A stretch of DNA of 64,000 bases from the NCBI GenBank assembly GCA_030390025.1, contig CM059431.1:142168001-142232000 (forward strand), in the 5' to 3' direction. Shown here piece after piece: positions 1 to 12,944 of this stretch. Under the pieces are notes generated by a model, which saw nothing but the letters and a program-made list of their open reading frames with translations, was not told the DNA's origin and did no database searches. Numbering within the stretch: the stretch's first letter is position 1; each line of letters begins with the position of its first letter. The position numbers and the translations under genes were made by a program. The DNA is from Squalus acanthias. Its lineage: Eukaryota.

Positions 1-900
1 TCAATCACTATTTACACAGTTACTGTGTTCCCCTGAATTATCCTGTCCTCTATCTCTAATTACACAGTTACTGTGTTCCCCTAAATTATCCTGTCCTCTA
101 TCTCTACTTACAGTTACTGTGTTCCCCTAAATTACCCTGTCCTCTGTCTCTAATTACACAGTTACTGTGTTCCACTAAATTACCCTGTCCTCTATCTCTA
201 ATTACAAAGTTACTGTGTTCCCCTAAATTGCACTGTCCTCTATCTCTAATTACACAATTACTGTGTACCCCTAAATTACCCTGTCCTCTATCTCTAATTA
301 CACTGTTACTTTGTTCCCCAAAATACCCTGTCCTCTATCTCTAATTACAAAATTACTGTGTACCCCTAAATTACCCGGTCCTCTATCTCTAATTACACAG
401 TTACTTTGTTCCCCAAAATACCCTGTCCTCTATCTCTAATTACACAATTACTGTGTTCCCCTAAATTACCCTGTCCTCGATCTCTAATTACACAGTTACT
501 GTATTCCCCAAAATTACCCTATCCTCTATCTCTAATTACACAGTTACTGTGCTCCCCTAAATTGCCCTGTTCTCTATCTCTAGTTACACAGTTTCTGTGC
601 TCTCCTGAATTACTCTGCCCTCTATCTCTAATTACACTGTTAGCGTGTGTCCCTAAATTACCCTGTCCTCTATCTCTAATTACACAGTTACTGTGTTCCC
701 CTAAATTACCCTGTCCTCTATCTCTAATTACACAATTACTGTGTGCCCCTATAGATCCCGTTATTCTACTGATAAGTACACAATTGTTGTGTTCCCTAAA
801 GTCTCCTTTTTCGTTTTTTAACTAAAGAGTTGCTGCCTTCCCCTAAATTTACCTGTCCTGTAATTAATTATACACTTACTGTATTCCCATGAATTCCTCT
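1..900. repeat. 48-bp tandem minisatellite (CTCTATCTCTAATTACACAGTTACTGTGTTCCCCTAAATTACCCTGTC), degenerating after ~760
   Basis: Unit read directly; ORF 406..825 is its 16-aa periodic translation. Confidence 0.95.
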
Positions 901-904
901 ATTA

Positions 905-1975
905 CCCGTCGTGTACGGTCCAAGCTCATGTTGACCCGAAGACCACCTCCTGCTGCCTTAACCCCATTCCCACTAAACAGCTGACCATCCAGTTTCTCTT
1001 CCTAGCCCCATGCTATTTGATATTGTGAACGGTTCCCTCTGCTCTGGTACTGTCCCGCTCCCATTCACATCTGCCTCCATCACTCCCTCCTGACAATTCC
1101 ACCCGTCATCCCCGCTGACTTTTGCAATCTACCGCCCCATCTCCAACAGCATATTCCTGTGCAAATTACTAAACTTATTGTCGCCTCCCAAATTACTGTC
1201 CATCTTTCCCACAATTCCCTGTTTGAATCTCTCCAATCAATTTCTGCCTTTGCACAGCACTTGAAATGGCTCTTATTGAAGTCACAAATTATATCCTCTG
1301 TGACTCTGACCATGGTGCATTATCGCTCTTCATTCTTCCCGTCTTTAACTCGGTTAACAACACCATCCTGCTCCACGCCTCTCCTCCATTTTCCAGCTGT
1401 GTGGAACAGCCCTCACCTGGTTCCACTCTTACCTATGCAGCCTGAGCCAGAGAATATCCTGAAATGACTTATCTTCGCGCTCTCGCAACGTTACCTCTAA
1501 CCCCAAAGGTTATCCTCTTTGATCCTTCTATTTCGCATATACATGCTGCTCCTTTGCGACATCAGCCGGAAACACAACATCAGATTCCACATGTATGCTG
1601 AAGACACACAACTCTACCTCACCACCAACTCTCTTAACTCCTCCACTGTCTCTGTGTTGTCAAATAGCTTGTCTGCCCTCCATTCAAGGATGAGCCAAAA
1701 TTGCCTCCTGTGCATCCTCCACTTTCTTCGCCCCACCATTGGCAGCCGTGCTTTTAGTTGTATAGGCTCTAAATACTGGAATTCCCTTCCTAAAACTCTG
1801 CATTTCGCCTCTCCGTTAAGACTCTCCTTAAAACCTACCTCTGGTCATGCTTTTGGTCACCTGTCACGTGTCTCCATCTTTGGCTCCTTAGCCCTTTGTG
1901 TCTGATTACGCTCATTTGAAGCGCCTTGGGGAGTTTTATTAATTTAATTGTGCTATATAAATGAACGTTGTTGTA
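905..1975 (+). mobile_element. Degenerate L2-type LINE 3' part (RT remnant and 3' tail)
   Basis: ORF 1519..1905 has HNIRFHMYAEDTQLYL (YADD-like RT motif); the tail (IGSRAFS...WNSLP, ctatataaat..gttgttgt) recurs in other copies in the window. Confidence 0.75.
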
Positions 1976-2149
1976 ATAATAGGTCCATGCTGGCCCGTCC
2001 CCACAGCCAGATGCTTCTATCTGGTTTGAGCCATTTATAATGAAAATGTAGGGTGGGCGGGGGGGGGGGGGGCGGGACGTTGGGCTGCAGTGATCAATCT
2101 ATTATAATGAGCAGAGCGTCATAGTCAGGTTTCTGTTCATAGGTGAACC

Positions 2150-4420
2150 CCAGCATATTAAAGGTGGGATATTCAGTGATGGTATTGCCGTTGAATATCA
2201 AGGGGCGGTGTTTAAACTCTCTCTTGTTGGAGATAATCATTGCCTGTCACTTATGTGACGTGAAAGTTTCTTGCCACTCATCAGGCCAAGCCTGAATGTC
2301 GTCCAGGTCTTGTTGCATGCGGGCATGGACTGTTTCATTATCTGAGGAATTAGGAATGGAAATGAAAACTGTGCAATCATCAGCGAACATCTGCAATTCT
2401 GAGCTTATGATGGAGGGAAGTTCATTGCTGAAGCAGCTGACGATTGTTGGACCGAGGACATTAAGCTGAGGATCACCTGCATTGATGTCATGGGGTTGTG
2501 ATGATTGACGTCCAACCACCACAGTTATCTTCATTTGTGCTAGGTATGACACCAGCCAGTGGAGACTTTACCCCCTGATTCCCATTGAATTCAGTTTTAC
2601 TAGGGCTCCTTGATGCCACACTCGGTCAAATGCTGCCTTGATGTCACGTGCAGTCACTCTGACCTCTCCTCTGGAATTCAGCTCTTTTGTCCGTGTTTGG
2701 AGCAAGGCTGTAATGAGCTCTGCAGCCGAATGGTCCTGCCGGAACCCAAACTGAGCTTTGGTGAGCAGGTTATTGGTGAGTAAGCGCCGCTTGAAAGCAC
2801 TGTCGATAATACCTTCCATCACTTTGCTGATCATTGAGCGTAGACGGATCGGGCGGTAATTGGCCGGATTGGATTTGTCCTGCTTTTTGTGGACAGGACA
2901 TACTTGGGCACTTTTCCACATTGTCGAACAGATGCCAGTGTTGTAGCTGTACTGATACGAGTGTTGCAGCTGTAGTGGAACAGCTTCGCTAGAGGCGCAG
3001 CTAGTTCTGGAGCACAAGTCTTCAGCACGACAGCCGGGATGTTGTCGGGTACCACAGCATTTGCTGTATCCAGTGGGCTAAGCCGTTTCGTGATATCACG
3101 TGGAGTGAATCGAATTTGCTGAAGACTGGCTTGTGTGACGGTGTGGAACCTCAAGAGGCTGCCAATATGGATCATCTACTCGGCTGTTCTGGCTGAAGAT
3201 GGTTGCAAACGCATCAGCCTTGTCTTTTGCCCTCACGTGCTGGGCTCTGCCATTATTGAGGATGGGGATAATAATGGAGCCTCCGCCTCCCGTTAATTGT
3301 TTAATGGTCCACCAACATTCACGACTGGATGTGGCAGGACTGCAGAGCTTTGATCTGATTCGTTGATTGTGGGATCGCTTAGCTCTGATTATAGCATGCT
3401 GCCTCCACTCTTTAGCCTGCATGTACCGGTGTTGCAGCTCCCCAGTTTGGCAACCCATTTTTAGTTACGCCTGCTGTTTCTCCTCGCATACTCTTCTGCG
3501 CTCCTTATTGAACCAGGTTTGGTACCCTGGCTCGAAGGTAATGGGAAATTGAGGGATATGCCGGGCCATGGGATTAAAGAGTGTGGTGGAATACAATCCT
3601 GCTGCTGCTCATGGCCCACAGCGCCTCATGGATGCCCAGTTTTGAATTTTTCATTTAGCACGGTGCCAGTGCCACACAACACGATGGAGGGTGTCCTCAG
3701 TGTGAAGACGGGACTTCATCTCCGCAATGACATTGCGTGGTCAGTGCAACCACTGCTATCAAGGACTGCTGCATCTGCGACAGGTCGATTTGTCAGGACG
3801 AGGTCAAGTAGATTTTTCCCTCGTGTTGGTTCTCTCACCACCTGCTGCCGGCACAGACTGGCAACAATATCCTTCAGGACTCGGCTAGTAGTGGTGCTAC
3901 CGAGCCACTCTTGGTGATGGACATTGAAGACCCCCACCCAGTGTATATTCTGTGCCTTTTCTACTCTCAGTGCTTCTTCCAAGTGCTGCTCAACATGGTG
4001 GAGCACTGACTCATCAGCTTAGTAAGGGCGGTAGGTGGTAATCAGTAGGCGGGTTCCTTGCCCATGCTTGACCTGAATCCATGAGACTTCATGTGGTTCC
4101 CAGTCAATGTTGAGGACTCCCAGGTCCAAGCCTTCCCGAATGTATACCACTGTGCCCCCACCTCTGGTGGGACAGGACATATCCAGGGATGGTGATGGAG
4201 GAGTCTGGGACATTGGCTGAAAGTTATGATTCTGTGAGTATGACTATGTCACGCTGTTGCTTGACTAGTCTGTGGGACAGCTCTCCCAATTTTGGCAAAA
4301 GTCCCTAATGTTCGTGAGGAGGATTTGGCAGGTTCGACTGGGCTGGGTATGCCAGTGCCGAGGTCCATGCCAGGGGTTCCGTCCGGTTTCATTCTTATTC
4401 GTAGCGGTTTGGTTCAACTG
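2150..4420 (-). mobile_element. Degenerate non-LTR retrotransposon ORF2 (APE endonuclease + RT), CR1/L2 group
   Basis: Broken ORFs give RGGGTVVY, FNVHHQEWLG, PTRGKNLLDLVLTN (endonuclease) and NYRPI, QFGFRQDHS, DIKAAFDRVWH, FADD (RT); many frameshifts. Confidence 0.9.
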
Positions 4421-4424
4421 AGTG

Positions 4425-4740
4425 ACTTGCTACTCCATTTCAGAGGCCCCATCAGAATCAAGCACATTGCAGTGGGTCTGGAGTCACATATCAGCCAGAC
4501 CAGGTAAGGTCAGCAGATTTCCTTCCCTAAAGGACATTATTGAACCAGATGGGGTTTGACTATAATCTGATAGTTTCATGGTCACCATTACAGATACTAG
4601 TTTTTTATTCCAGACTTTTATTTAATTAACTGAATTTAAATTCCTCAGCTACCGTGGTGGGATGTGAACTCACGTCTCCAGATCAATATCCTAGGCCTCT
4701 AGAATACTAGCCCAATAACATAAACACTATACCACCGTGC
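4425..4740 (-). mobile_element. SINE-like element (tRNA-type head with B-box-like GTGAGTTCACATCCC on minus strand)
   Basis: Same sequence family recurs at ~15270-15553, 18905-19100, 20225-20640, 48490-48700 and 60888-61270. Confidence 0.7.
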
Positions 4741-4814
4741 ACTCATGGGAGCCCAGAGTTAGAAATCGCATCATGTTATTGTCTCACTTTCCAAAGTCCG
4801 ACTGCTGATCAGTT

Positions 4815-4871
4815 TTAGCTCAGTTCCTGTTCAGAGACACACTGATGGAGGTTCATCTCATAGAGCTGTGC
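4815..4871 (-). CDS. GTPase terminal coding exon K (AQLYEMNLHQCVSEQELS*)
   Basis: ttctttgttgcag acceptor, phase 0, TAA at 4817-4815. Confidence 0.75.
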   Translation of the reverse strand, partial: AQLYEMNLHQCVSEQELS

Positions 4872-5097
4872 CTGCAACAAAGAAAGGAGTGTTCCCGTGT
4901 TAATAAAGGAAATTCAAGAATGAATTCCATCAAAACTGGAATGTCTGGTGAAAATAATTGTCGAGAGACAGATATGCAAATACAGAAGGTAAATACAGGG
5001 CCTGTAAAAGGCAAATGTATTGCAAATGTAAATATAGAGAAGAATATAGGTAGAGTGTTATGATCAGAGAGAGGACAGGAAGACAGGGAAATGTAAC

Positions 5098-5182
5098 CTT
5101 TTTCTCAACCACAACACATTGGACATAGTCACGGTTTGCCTCTAGTTTCTTTTTCTCCGTCCTCGATAGGGTCGTTTTGGTG
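5098..5182 (-). CDS. GTPase exon J (STKTTLSRTEKKKLEANRDYVQCVVVEKK)
   Basis: tttttcag acceptor, gttaca donor; phase 2->0; basic segment following the hydrophobic helix. Confidence 0.75.
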
Positions 5183-5344
5183 CTGAAAAATGGAGGCAGA
5201 AATTTAGTACAGCCCAGGATACCATGTATTGATGAGCCGTTTTCTCGTCTCCTCAGTCACAATCTAGCATTATTGTACATCGGGCAAACTGCACCTGCAG
5301 AAATCTTCCTCCCTGGTTAAATGCCTACCACTCTATTGATGATA

Positions 5345-5660
5345 GTCTCCTTCAATCTCTCTCTCTCTCGTTCGCTGTATCTCGCTGTTTCTCGCTGTCT
5401 CTCTCTTCCCTCTATCTTTGATTCAATCTCTCTTTCTGTCTCTTTCTTTTTCCCTGTCGCTCTCTTGGTCTCCTCACTCTCTTTTTCTGTCTCTGTCTTT
5501 CACCTCTCTCTCTCTCTCTCTGCTTCGTTATATCTCTGTTCCCGTGTTTCGCCTGTATATCTTATCAGCCCCCTCTCTCTGTTTCTGTCTCTCCTTGTCT
5601 CTGTTTGTTCCCTTACGTCTCGCTGTGTGTTTGTAGATGTCTTTGTCTCTTTCTGACATT
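5345..5660. repeat. CT-rich low-complexity/microsatellite tract
   Basis: (CT)n-like sequence. Confidence 0.85.
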
Positions 5661-5794
5661 ACCTAGCTTTCTTCATGTGTTACTGCTTCTCTCCCCGTAT
5701 CTGACTCTATTCAGTCTCCCTAGCCTTATCCCTTTACGTCACTTTCCCTTTGTTTCTGTTCCACTGCATCTTCCGCTGTCAGAGTAACATTTAC

Positions 5795-5908
5795 CTGGAA
5801 TAGCACTTTGAAAGGAACATCGAAACGAACATGAATCCGATCAGCATAATCAGCGCCAGAAGATAACTGTCAACCGGTTAACCAGTTCCAGGTTGTAGAT
5901 ACACACCG
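5795..5908 (-). pseudogene. GTPase exon I with 1-nt insertion (corrected: RCVSTTWNWLPVDSYLLALIMLIGFMFVSMFLSKCYS), hydrophobic helix 2
   Basis: Pyrimidine tract + ctag acceptor, gtaaat donor; 114 nt where the flanking phases (0 and 2) need 113; as written, TGA at 5872-5870. Confidence 0.75.
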
Positions 5909-6359
5909 CTAGCCAGAAGAGAAGAGGAACACAGTGTCACATTGAGCAGGTCTGTAATAAAGGGGGAGTAAAACTCTCACATTGCAATCTTTGTAATTCA
6001 CGTTTATGGTAAGAAGTTATGATGGTCCATTGCAGGTCAGATTGAGCTTCTCTTGCTAAAATAAAGCGCTGGACCCTGTTACAATCCAATAACTTTTAGT
6101 TCTTGAGAAATCTAGGGGAAAGTCAAAGGCCTAAGCATCTGAGATCAACATAGCTAAAAATGAGCATGTGAAGTATACATCAAAGCAAATCTGATTTCCA
6201 ATCTTAAATTGCAAGAACGAAAGTGACCAGAGAAGTGGAACAACCTCATTATTTCTCTGAAATATATTAAGTTCTTCTCGACCACCACCTCATTCTGTGC
6301 CCAGAGAAAATGCTAGCATCTTATGTGCAAAGCAAGACTGAGATCTGAAATACTCCAGC

Positions 6360-7645
6360 TACACCTACCATCAACTACCATCAGGTTAGGTACAGTAGGA
6401 GTTTGACACACAGTAAACCTCCCTCTACACTTTCCCATCCAACACACAAAGGGCTGGTACAGCACTGGTCAGATACAAAGTAAAGCTCCCTCTACACTAT
6501 CCCATCAAATACACATAGGGCAGGTACAGCACGGGTTAGATACAAAGTAAAGCTCCCTCTACACTGTCCCATCAAACACACATAGGGCTGGTACAGCACG
6601 GGTTAGATACAAAGTAAAGCTCCCTCTACAATGTCCCATCAAACACACATAGGGCAGGTACAGCACGGGTTAGATACAAAGTAAAGCTCCCTCAACACTA
6701 TCCCATCAAACACACATAGGGCAGGTACAGCACGGGTTAGATACAAAGTAAAGCTCCCTCGACACTATCCCATCAAACACACATAGGGCAGGTACAGCAC
6801 GGGTTAGATACAAAGTAAAGCTCCCTCTACAATGTCCCATTTAATATTTCCAGGACAGCTACGGCACTGGTCAGATACAGAGCAGAACTCCCTCTACAAT
6901 ATCCCATCAAAAGCACACATCAACTACCGTCAGGTTATAAACAGTAATGGTAAGATAAAGCAAGCGTCAGTAAAAGAGTAAAGCTCCATCAATACTGTTC
7001 CATAAAACACGCCCAGAGTAGGTACAGCAATGGTTATATACGGAGTAAAGCACCCGCTACACTATCCCATCCAACACTCCCAGGGAAGGTGCAGCATGCG
7101 TCACATACAGAATAAAACGTCCTGTACAATGTCCAATCAAACACTCACATTAACCGACATGAGGTAAAGTACAGTATGGTTCAGATAAAACATGCGTCAG
7201 ATACAGAGTAAGGCTCCATCTACACTTTCCCATTAAACACTCCCAGGGCAGATACAGCACAGGTTAGATACAGTTTGAAGCTTTCGCTACAATGTCCCAT
7301 TAAAACCTCCCAGGGCAGGTATCGCACAGGTTAGATACAGAGTAAATCTCCATCTGTACTGTCCCATTAAACACTCCCAGGGCAGGTAAAGCACAGGTTA
7401 GATACAGTTTGAAGCTTTCGCTACAATGTCCAATCAAAACCTCCCAGGGAAGGTATAGCACGGGTGAGATACAGAGTAAAGCTCTTTATTCACTCTTCCA
7501 TAAACCTCTCCTAGGTTTGGGAGAATACGGGTTCGATACACAGTAAAGGTCCCTCTGTATTTTCTCCTCAAAGACACAAGGGGCAGGTACAGATCGGGAT
7601 ATAGAATAGTGATCCATCTACGCAGTCCAATCAAACACATAGACG
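6360..7645. repeat. 67-bp tandem repeat (ACAGCACGGGTTAGATACAAAGTAAAGCTCCCTCTACACTGTCCCATCAAACAC...GGGCAGGT)
   Basis: Unit starts at 6526 and 6593; homogeneous core 6460-6840, diverged flanks. Confidence 0.92.
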
Positions 7646-7700
7646 CCTAACACTGGCAGATATTCATTGGTGAGACTCAGGATATTAAAAAGAGTCATAC

Positions 7701-7872
7701 CGCCCAGATCTGCGAAATGTGGGCCAAGTCCTCTCCCATTATATCGGCGAGGCTTTCTCTTGATGTGTTGGAAATGATGAAACTTGTCAGCAGTGAGAGT
7801 GGTGCCAGGTATGTCAAGGAGCTGAAGAACATCCGCTTGATCCAGTCTTTCCTGTTCTGAGAAGCCTGTTCA
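7701..7872 (-). CDS. GTPase exon H (SEQASQNRKDWIKRMFFSSLTYLAPLSLLTSFIISNTSRESLADIMGEDLAHISQIWA), hydrophobic helix 1
   Basis: tttcag acceptor, gtatga donor; open frame, phase 2->0. Confidence 0.8.
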
Positions 7873-8065
7873 CTGAAATGGAATCAGAATCAATATCTTC
7901 AGTAACTGGTGGAAAACAGCTTCCACAAGTCCAACAAATCAGTGTAATAATGAAAACTCAGCATCGCAGGACACCAGGAATCAACTACTGTGATCCGAAG
8001 CTAGATAATTTCTTAATATATGAGATCAGCTATCATTACCATACATTCATCTCAATTAGACTCCA

Positions 8066-8235
8066 TGGGGGTAATTTTAACTTTGGGCGCGGGTGCAAAA
8101 TTGACGTTATTGAATTGGGCGCCATTTTGTGCCACGGCCAATTTACCCTTCGATTGACTTCATGGTGTATATTGGGCGGATAATTCTATATCGTCCATTT
8201 TACACCATCACACAATGTTATAATTACACACCACC
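8066..8235. mobile_element. Degenerate palindromic MITE-like element (GGGGGTAATTTTAACTTTGGGCG terminus)
   Basis: Terminus shared with elements at 8470-8725, 13279-13420 and 30022-30175. Confidence 0.55.
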
Positions 8236-8469
8236 GCATACTGTATTCCTGATCGGTCCTACCTTCTCTAATTAATTGATTAATTTTGTGTATTTATAAA
8301 AGCCCTTACTATTTGCTGTTATGCTACCTCTTGTCACCTTAATACCCCATTTTAAAACATCCATTCTCAAGTTTGAAAACGCCATTAAACTTTTTACATT
8401 CCACGTGATTATATTTAACATTATTAGCACTAAACTTCATCAGACGCCTTCATTTGAAGTTTCCCATTG

Positions 8470-8728
8470 TGGGTAATTTTAACTCTGGGCGATAGTGTTC
8501 AATGGGTGATGTCCATTTATCCGCCCATTATAGGCCCGTTCGATTTTCTTTGCAATGGGAGTAATTCTGGCTGTGTGCCATGGTGTAAAACGGGTGATAA
8601 TGAATCGGCAGCCGGTTTGACATCTATTCCGAATGACTTTAATTGAAAGGAAAATTTCGTGAGATTTATCACGAGCGGTCCAACCGATATCATCCGTTTT
8701 GCATTATTGCCCAAAGTTAAAATGGCCA
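8470..8728. mobile_element. Palindromic MITE-like element
   Basis: GGGTAATTTTAACTCTGGGCGATA ... TATTGCCCAAAGTTAAAATGGCC inverted termini. Confidence 0.6.
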
Positions 8729-9229
8729 ACATTCTGACACGCCCCTTTCTCCCAATAAATGTGATGGTCACTATTTTCAAGTTTCTCTTCTACTCTCAAT
8801 GCAGTTATTTACCCGACATAAATCTCCAGAACTTAAGCAAGCGATGTTTCTTTCCTTGTTGAATTGAAACATACTGATCTGACAAGCAGACCCGGATCCA
8901 TTCTAATATGTGTTCTCCACTTTGACCACGCATATTCAGTTTATTCCTGTTTAAATTGGGTTATATAAAACCTCCCAATATGTTTAAGCTCTTGTTCTTA
9001 CATTATCCTTTGAACTGGCTGCAGTTCTCCCCTTCTATCACATACGCTTAACGTTCTGTTATGTCCATCGAGAATTGTACTTTGGCGCTTCCTAATCCTT
9101 AACCCTGTCCATGTGAATTCTTTCTCATTGCAACGTCTGTGATGTCATTGTTTCCTAGCGCTGTAACAGAATCATTCACTAACACTGCCACTCCAGCACC
9201 TTTTCCTGCTCCTTTCTCTCATGAAAGCA

Positions 9230-9880
9230 GCAACGACTTGCATTTATATAGCGCCTTTAACGTAGTACAACGTCCCGAGGCGCTTCACAGCAGCGGAATC
9301 AGATACAATTGACACGGAGCCGAAGAAGGATACATTAGGATGGGTGATCAAAAGCTCAATGAAAGAGGTAGGTTTTAAGGATTGTATTATAGGAAGAGAG
9401 ATTTGGAGAAGTAGAGCGGTTTAGGGAAGTATTTCCAGAGCTTAGGGCCTAGGCAGCTGAAGGCACCGCTACCAATGGTGGGGCGACGGAAGTGGGGGAT
9501 GCACAAGAGGGCAGAGTTGGAAGAACGCAGAATCCTCAGACGGCTGTAGGGCTTTAGAAAGTTACAGAATATGATTAGCGAGGCCATGGAGAGATTTGAA
9601 CAGGAGGATGATAAATTTAAAATCGAAGTGTTGCTGAACAAGGGGGCAATATAGGTCAGCGCTCACAGGGGAGATGGGTGCACGGGACTTGGTGTAAGTT
9701 AAGATAGGTGCCGCAGAGTTTACTATGAGCTCAAGATTATGAAGGGTGAAAGAAGGGAGAGCGGCCAGGAGAGCACTGGAATAGGCGAGTCCACTTTCGG
9801 GGTAACAATAGCAGGATGAGGGTTTCAGCAGCAGATGGCCAGAGGCAAGGACGAAACCTCGGATATTAAGTTCCAAGACC
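9230..9880 (-). mobile_element. L2-type LINE 3' fragment
   Basis: Reverse complement of the L2 tail at 1700-1975; ORFs 9387..9641 and 9562..9906 show C-terminal ORF2 remnants. Confidence 0.75.
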
Positions 9881-10140
9881 AGTCCAAATCTAAGATATGT
9901 TCCCACTACAGCAACATTCTATTCTCCATAATTATTATAGCTTCCAACTTCAACTCTGCTCAGAACTCTTTGTGCATCCACACACATATCCTTCAATCCT
10001 GACTCAAGGTTCCCTGTGCTGCTCGCTTCAATTCTCTTCCATGGAAAATTATTCCAGGATTTCGGTTCACTTCGTATAAAACGGGTCATTCGATTTGTGT
10101 TCTTGCTCCTAACTCCTCGATTCTACCTTTCCTGCTTGGT

Positions 10141-12385
10141 ATAGAAACATAGAAACATAGAAGATAGGAGAAGGAGTAGGCCATTCGGCCCCTCGAGGCT
10201 GCACCACCATTTAATGAGATCATGGCAGTTCATCCAAATTCAGTACCCAGTCCCTGATTTCTCCACATATTCCTTTATCCCTTTAGCCTAAAGAAATGTA
10301 TCTAAATCCATCTTGAATATATTTAATGAATTGGCCTCAACTGCCTTCTGTGGTAGAGAATTCCAGAGGTTCACCACTCTCTGGGTGAAGAAATTCCTCC
10401 TCATCTCAGTCCTAAATGGCTTACCCCTTATCCTTAGACTGTGACCCCTGTTTCTGGACTCCCCCGCCATCGGGAACATCCTTCCTGCATCTAGTCTGTC
10501 TAGTCCTGTTAGAATTTTATAAGTTTCAATGAGATCCCCTCTCATTCTTCTAAACTCTAGCGAATACAAGCCCCATCGTCCCAAACTCTCTTCATACGTC
10601 ATTCCTGCCATCCCAGGTAACAGTCTGGTGAATCTTCGCTGCACTCCCTCCCTGGCAAGAGCATCCTTCCTCAGATAAGCCGACCAAAACTGCACACAAT
10701 ACTCAAGCTGTGGTCTCACCAAGGCCCTGTACAACTGCAGCAAGACATCCTTGCTCCTGTACTCGAATCCTCTCGCTATGAAGGCCAACATACCATTCGC
10801 CTTCTTAACCGCCTGCTGCACCTGCATGCTTACCTTCAACGACTGGTGCACAAGGACTCCCAGGTCTCCTTGCACTTCCCCTTTTCCCAATCTATTGCCG
10901 TTCAGATAATAATCTGCCTTCCTGTTTTTGCCTTCAAAGTGGATAACCTCGCATTTATCCGCATTATACTGCATCTGCCATGCATCTGCCTAATCACTCA
11001 ACTAGTCCAAATCAAACAGGAGTTTCTCTGCATCCTCCTCACAACACACACGCCCACCAAGCATTGTGTCATCTGCAAACTTGGAGATCAAGTTCCCTCG
11101 TCTAGATCATTAATATATATTGTGAATAACTGTGGTCCAAGCACCGATCCCTGCGGTACCCCACTAGTCACTGACTGCCACACGGAAAATACCCGTTTAT
11201 TCCAACTCTTTGCTTCCTGTCTGCCAACCAGCTCTCTATCCAAGTCAGTACTTTGTCCCCAATCCCATGTGCTTTAACTTTGCACGCTAATCTCTTATGC
11301 GAGACCTTATCAAAAGCCTTCTGAAAGTCCAAATACGCCACATCCACTGGTTCTCCCTTATCTATTCTACCAGTTACATCCTCAAAAAATTCCAGTAGAT
11401 TAGTCAAGCATGATTTACCTTTTGTAAATCCATGTTGACTTTGTTCGATCTTGTCACTGTTTCCAAGTGCTCTGCTACTACATTTTTTATAATGGACTCT
11501 AGCATTTTCCCCACTACCGATGTCAGGCTTACCGGTCTATAATTTCCCGTTTTTTCTTTCCCACCCTTTTAAAATAGTGGTGTTACATTAGCTAATCTCC
11601 AATCCATGGGAACTTTTCCAGAGATTATAGAATTTTGGAAGATGACCAGCAATGCATCAACTATTTCATGGGCCACTTCCTTAAGTACCCTCGGATGTAG
11701 ATTATCAGGCCCTGGTGATTTACCGGCCTTCAATACCGTCAATTTCCCTAACACCATTTCCCTACAAATACTGATCTAATTCAGTTCTTCCCTCTCATTA
11801 GACCCTATGTTCCCCGACATCTCTGGGAGGTTATTTCTGTCCCTCTTTGTGAAGACATAACCAAAGTATGTATTTAATTGGTCAGCCATTTCTTTGTTCC
11901 CCATTATAAATTCCCCTGATTCTGACTGCAAGGGACCTACGCTTGACTTCACCAATCGTTTTCTTTTCACATATCTATTGAAGCTTTTACATTCAGTTTT
12001 TATTTTCCCATCAAGCTTACTCTCATACTCTATTTTCCCCCTCTTAATTAATCCCTTTCGCATCCTTTGCTGAATCCTAAACTGCTCCCAATCCTCAGGT
12101 TTGCTGCATTTTCTGGCCAATTTATATGTCCTCTCCTTGGATCTTATGCTATCCCTAATTTCCCTTGTTAGCCATGGTTGAGTCACCGTTTTTGTTTTAT
12201 TCTTATGCCAAACAGGGATGAACAAATTCTGTAGTTCATCCATGCGATCATTAAATGTTTGCCATTGCCTATCCACCGTCAACCCTTTAAGTAATGCTCC
12301 CCAATCCATCCTAGCCAACTCACGCCTCATACCATCGTAGTTTCCTTTATTTAAATTCAGGACCCTAGTCTCTGAGCCAACTACT
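10141..12385 (-). mobile_element. CR1 LINE, 5'-truncated, disrupted ORF2
   Basis: KSPGPD, TNLLEFFE, YLDFQKAFDKV, LYRALVRPQLEYCVQFW, RNFFTQRVVNLWNSLP; (TTCTATGT)n-type tail at 10141-10163. Confidence 0.95.
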
Positions 12386-12515
12386 ATGAACAGTTCAAAA
12401 TAATCTTTGTCAACTACCCCATTAACTTGAAATCTTGGATAAGATCATCTTGAAGTATAATAGCTGCTGAAGAAAATAAGTCCAATTTTCCTATCTATAT
12501 TTTCATGATATAATA

Positions 12516-12790
12516 ATAACAGCTTTTATTTATATTGTGCTTATAATGTAGTTAAACGTCCCATGGCGCATCAAACAGAATTTGACACCGAGCCACATAA
12601 GGAGATAATAGTGCACATGAAAAGAGGAAGTCTTTAACGAACCTCTTGAAGGAGGAAAGATAATTAAAGAGGTGGCGAGGCTTAGAGAGGGAATTCTAAA
12701 CCTTAGAGCCTCGGCAGCTGAAGGCAGGGCCGCCAATCGTGGAGCGATTAAAATCGGAGATGTGCAAGAAGCCAGAATTAGAGGAGCTGA
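12516..12790 (-). mobile_element. L2-type LINE 3' tail fragment
   Basis: Similar to the tail at 9230-9540. Confidence 0.65.
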
Positions 12791-12944
12791 GAAAGCAATA
12801 TCGAGCCCAGTCTCTTTGTCCCGATGCCCTCTTCAGTTATAATACTTTTTTCTGTTACCATTTCTGACAATGTTGTTAATTCCCAGCCTTGTTTGCCCAG
12901 TCTTACTGGACCTGTCCTGATCACAACTCACACTAAAGCCTCAC

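Noticed and set aside
406..825. 139-aa Cys/Pro/Leu repeat ORF
   Set aside because: It is the translation of the 48-bp minisatellite; no splice or protein-family evidence
6360..7645. Regularly spaced repeats as a CRISPR-like array (also 51508-52095 and 61515-61992)
   Set aside because: Units are contiguous tandem copies with no unique spacers; eukaryotic context; no cas genes
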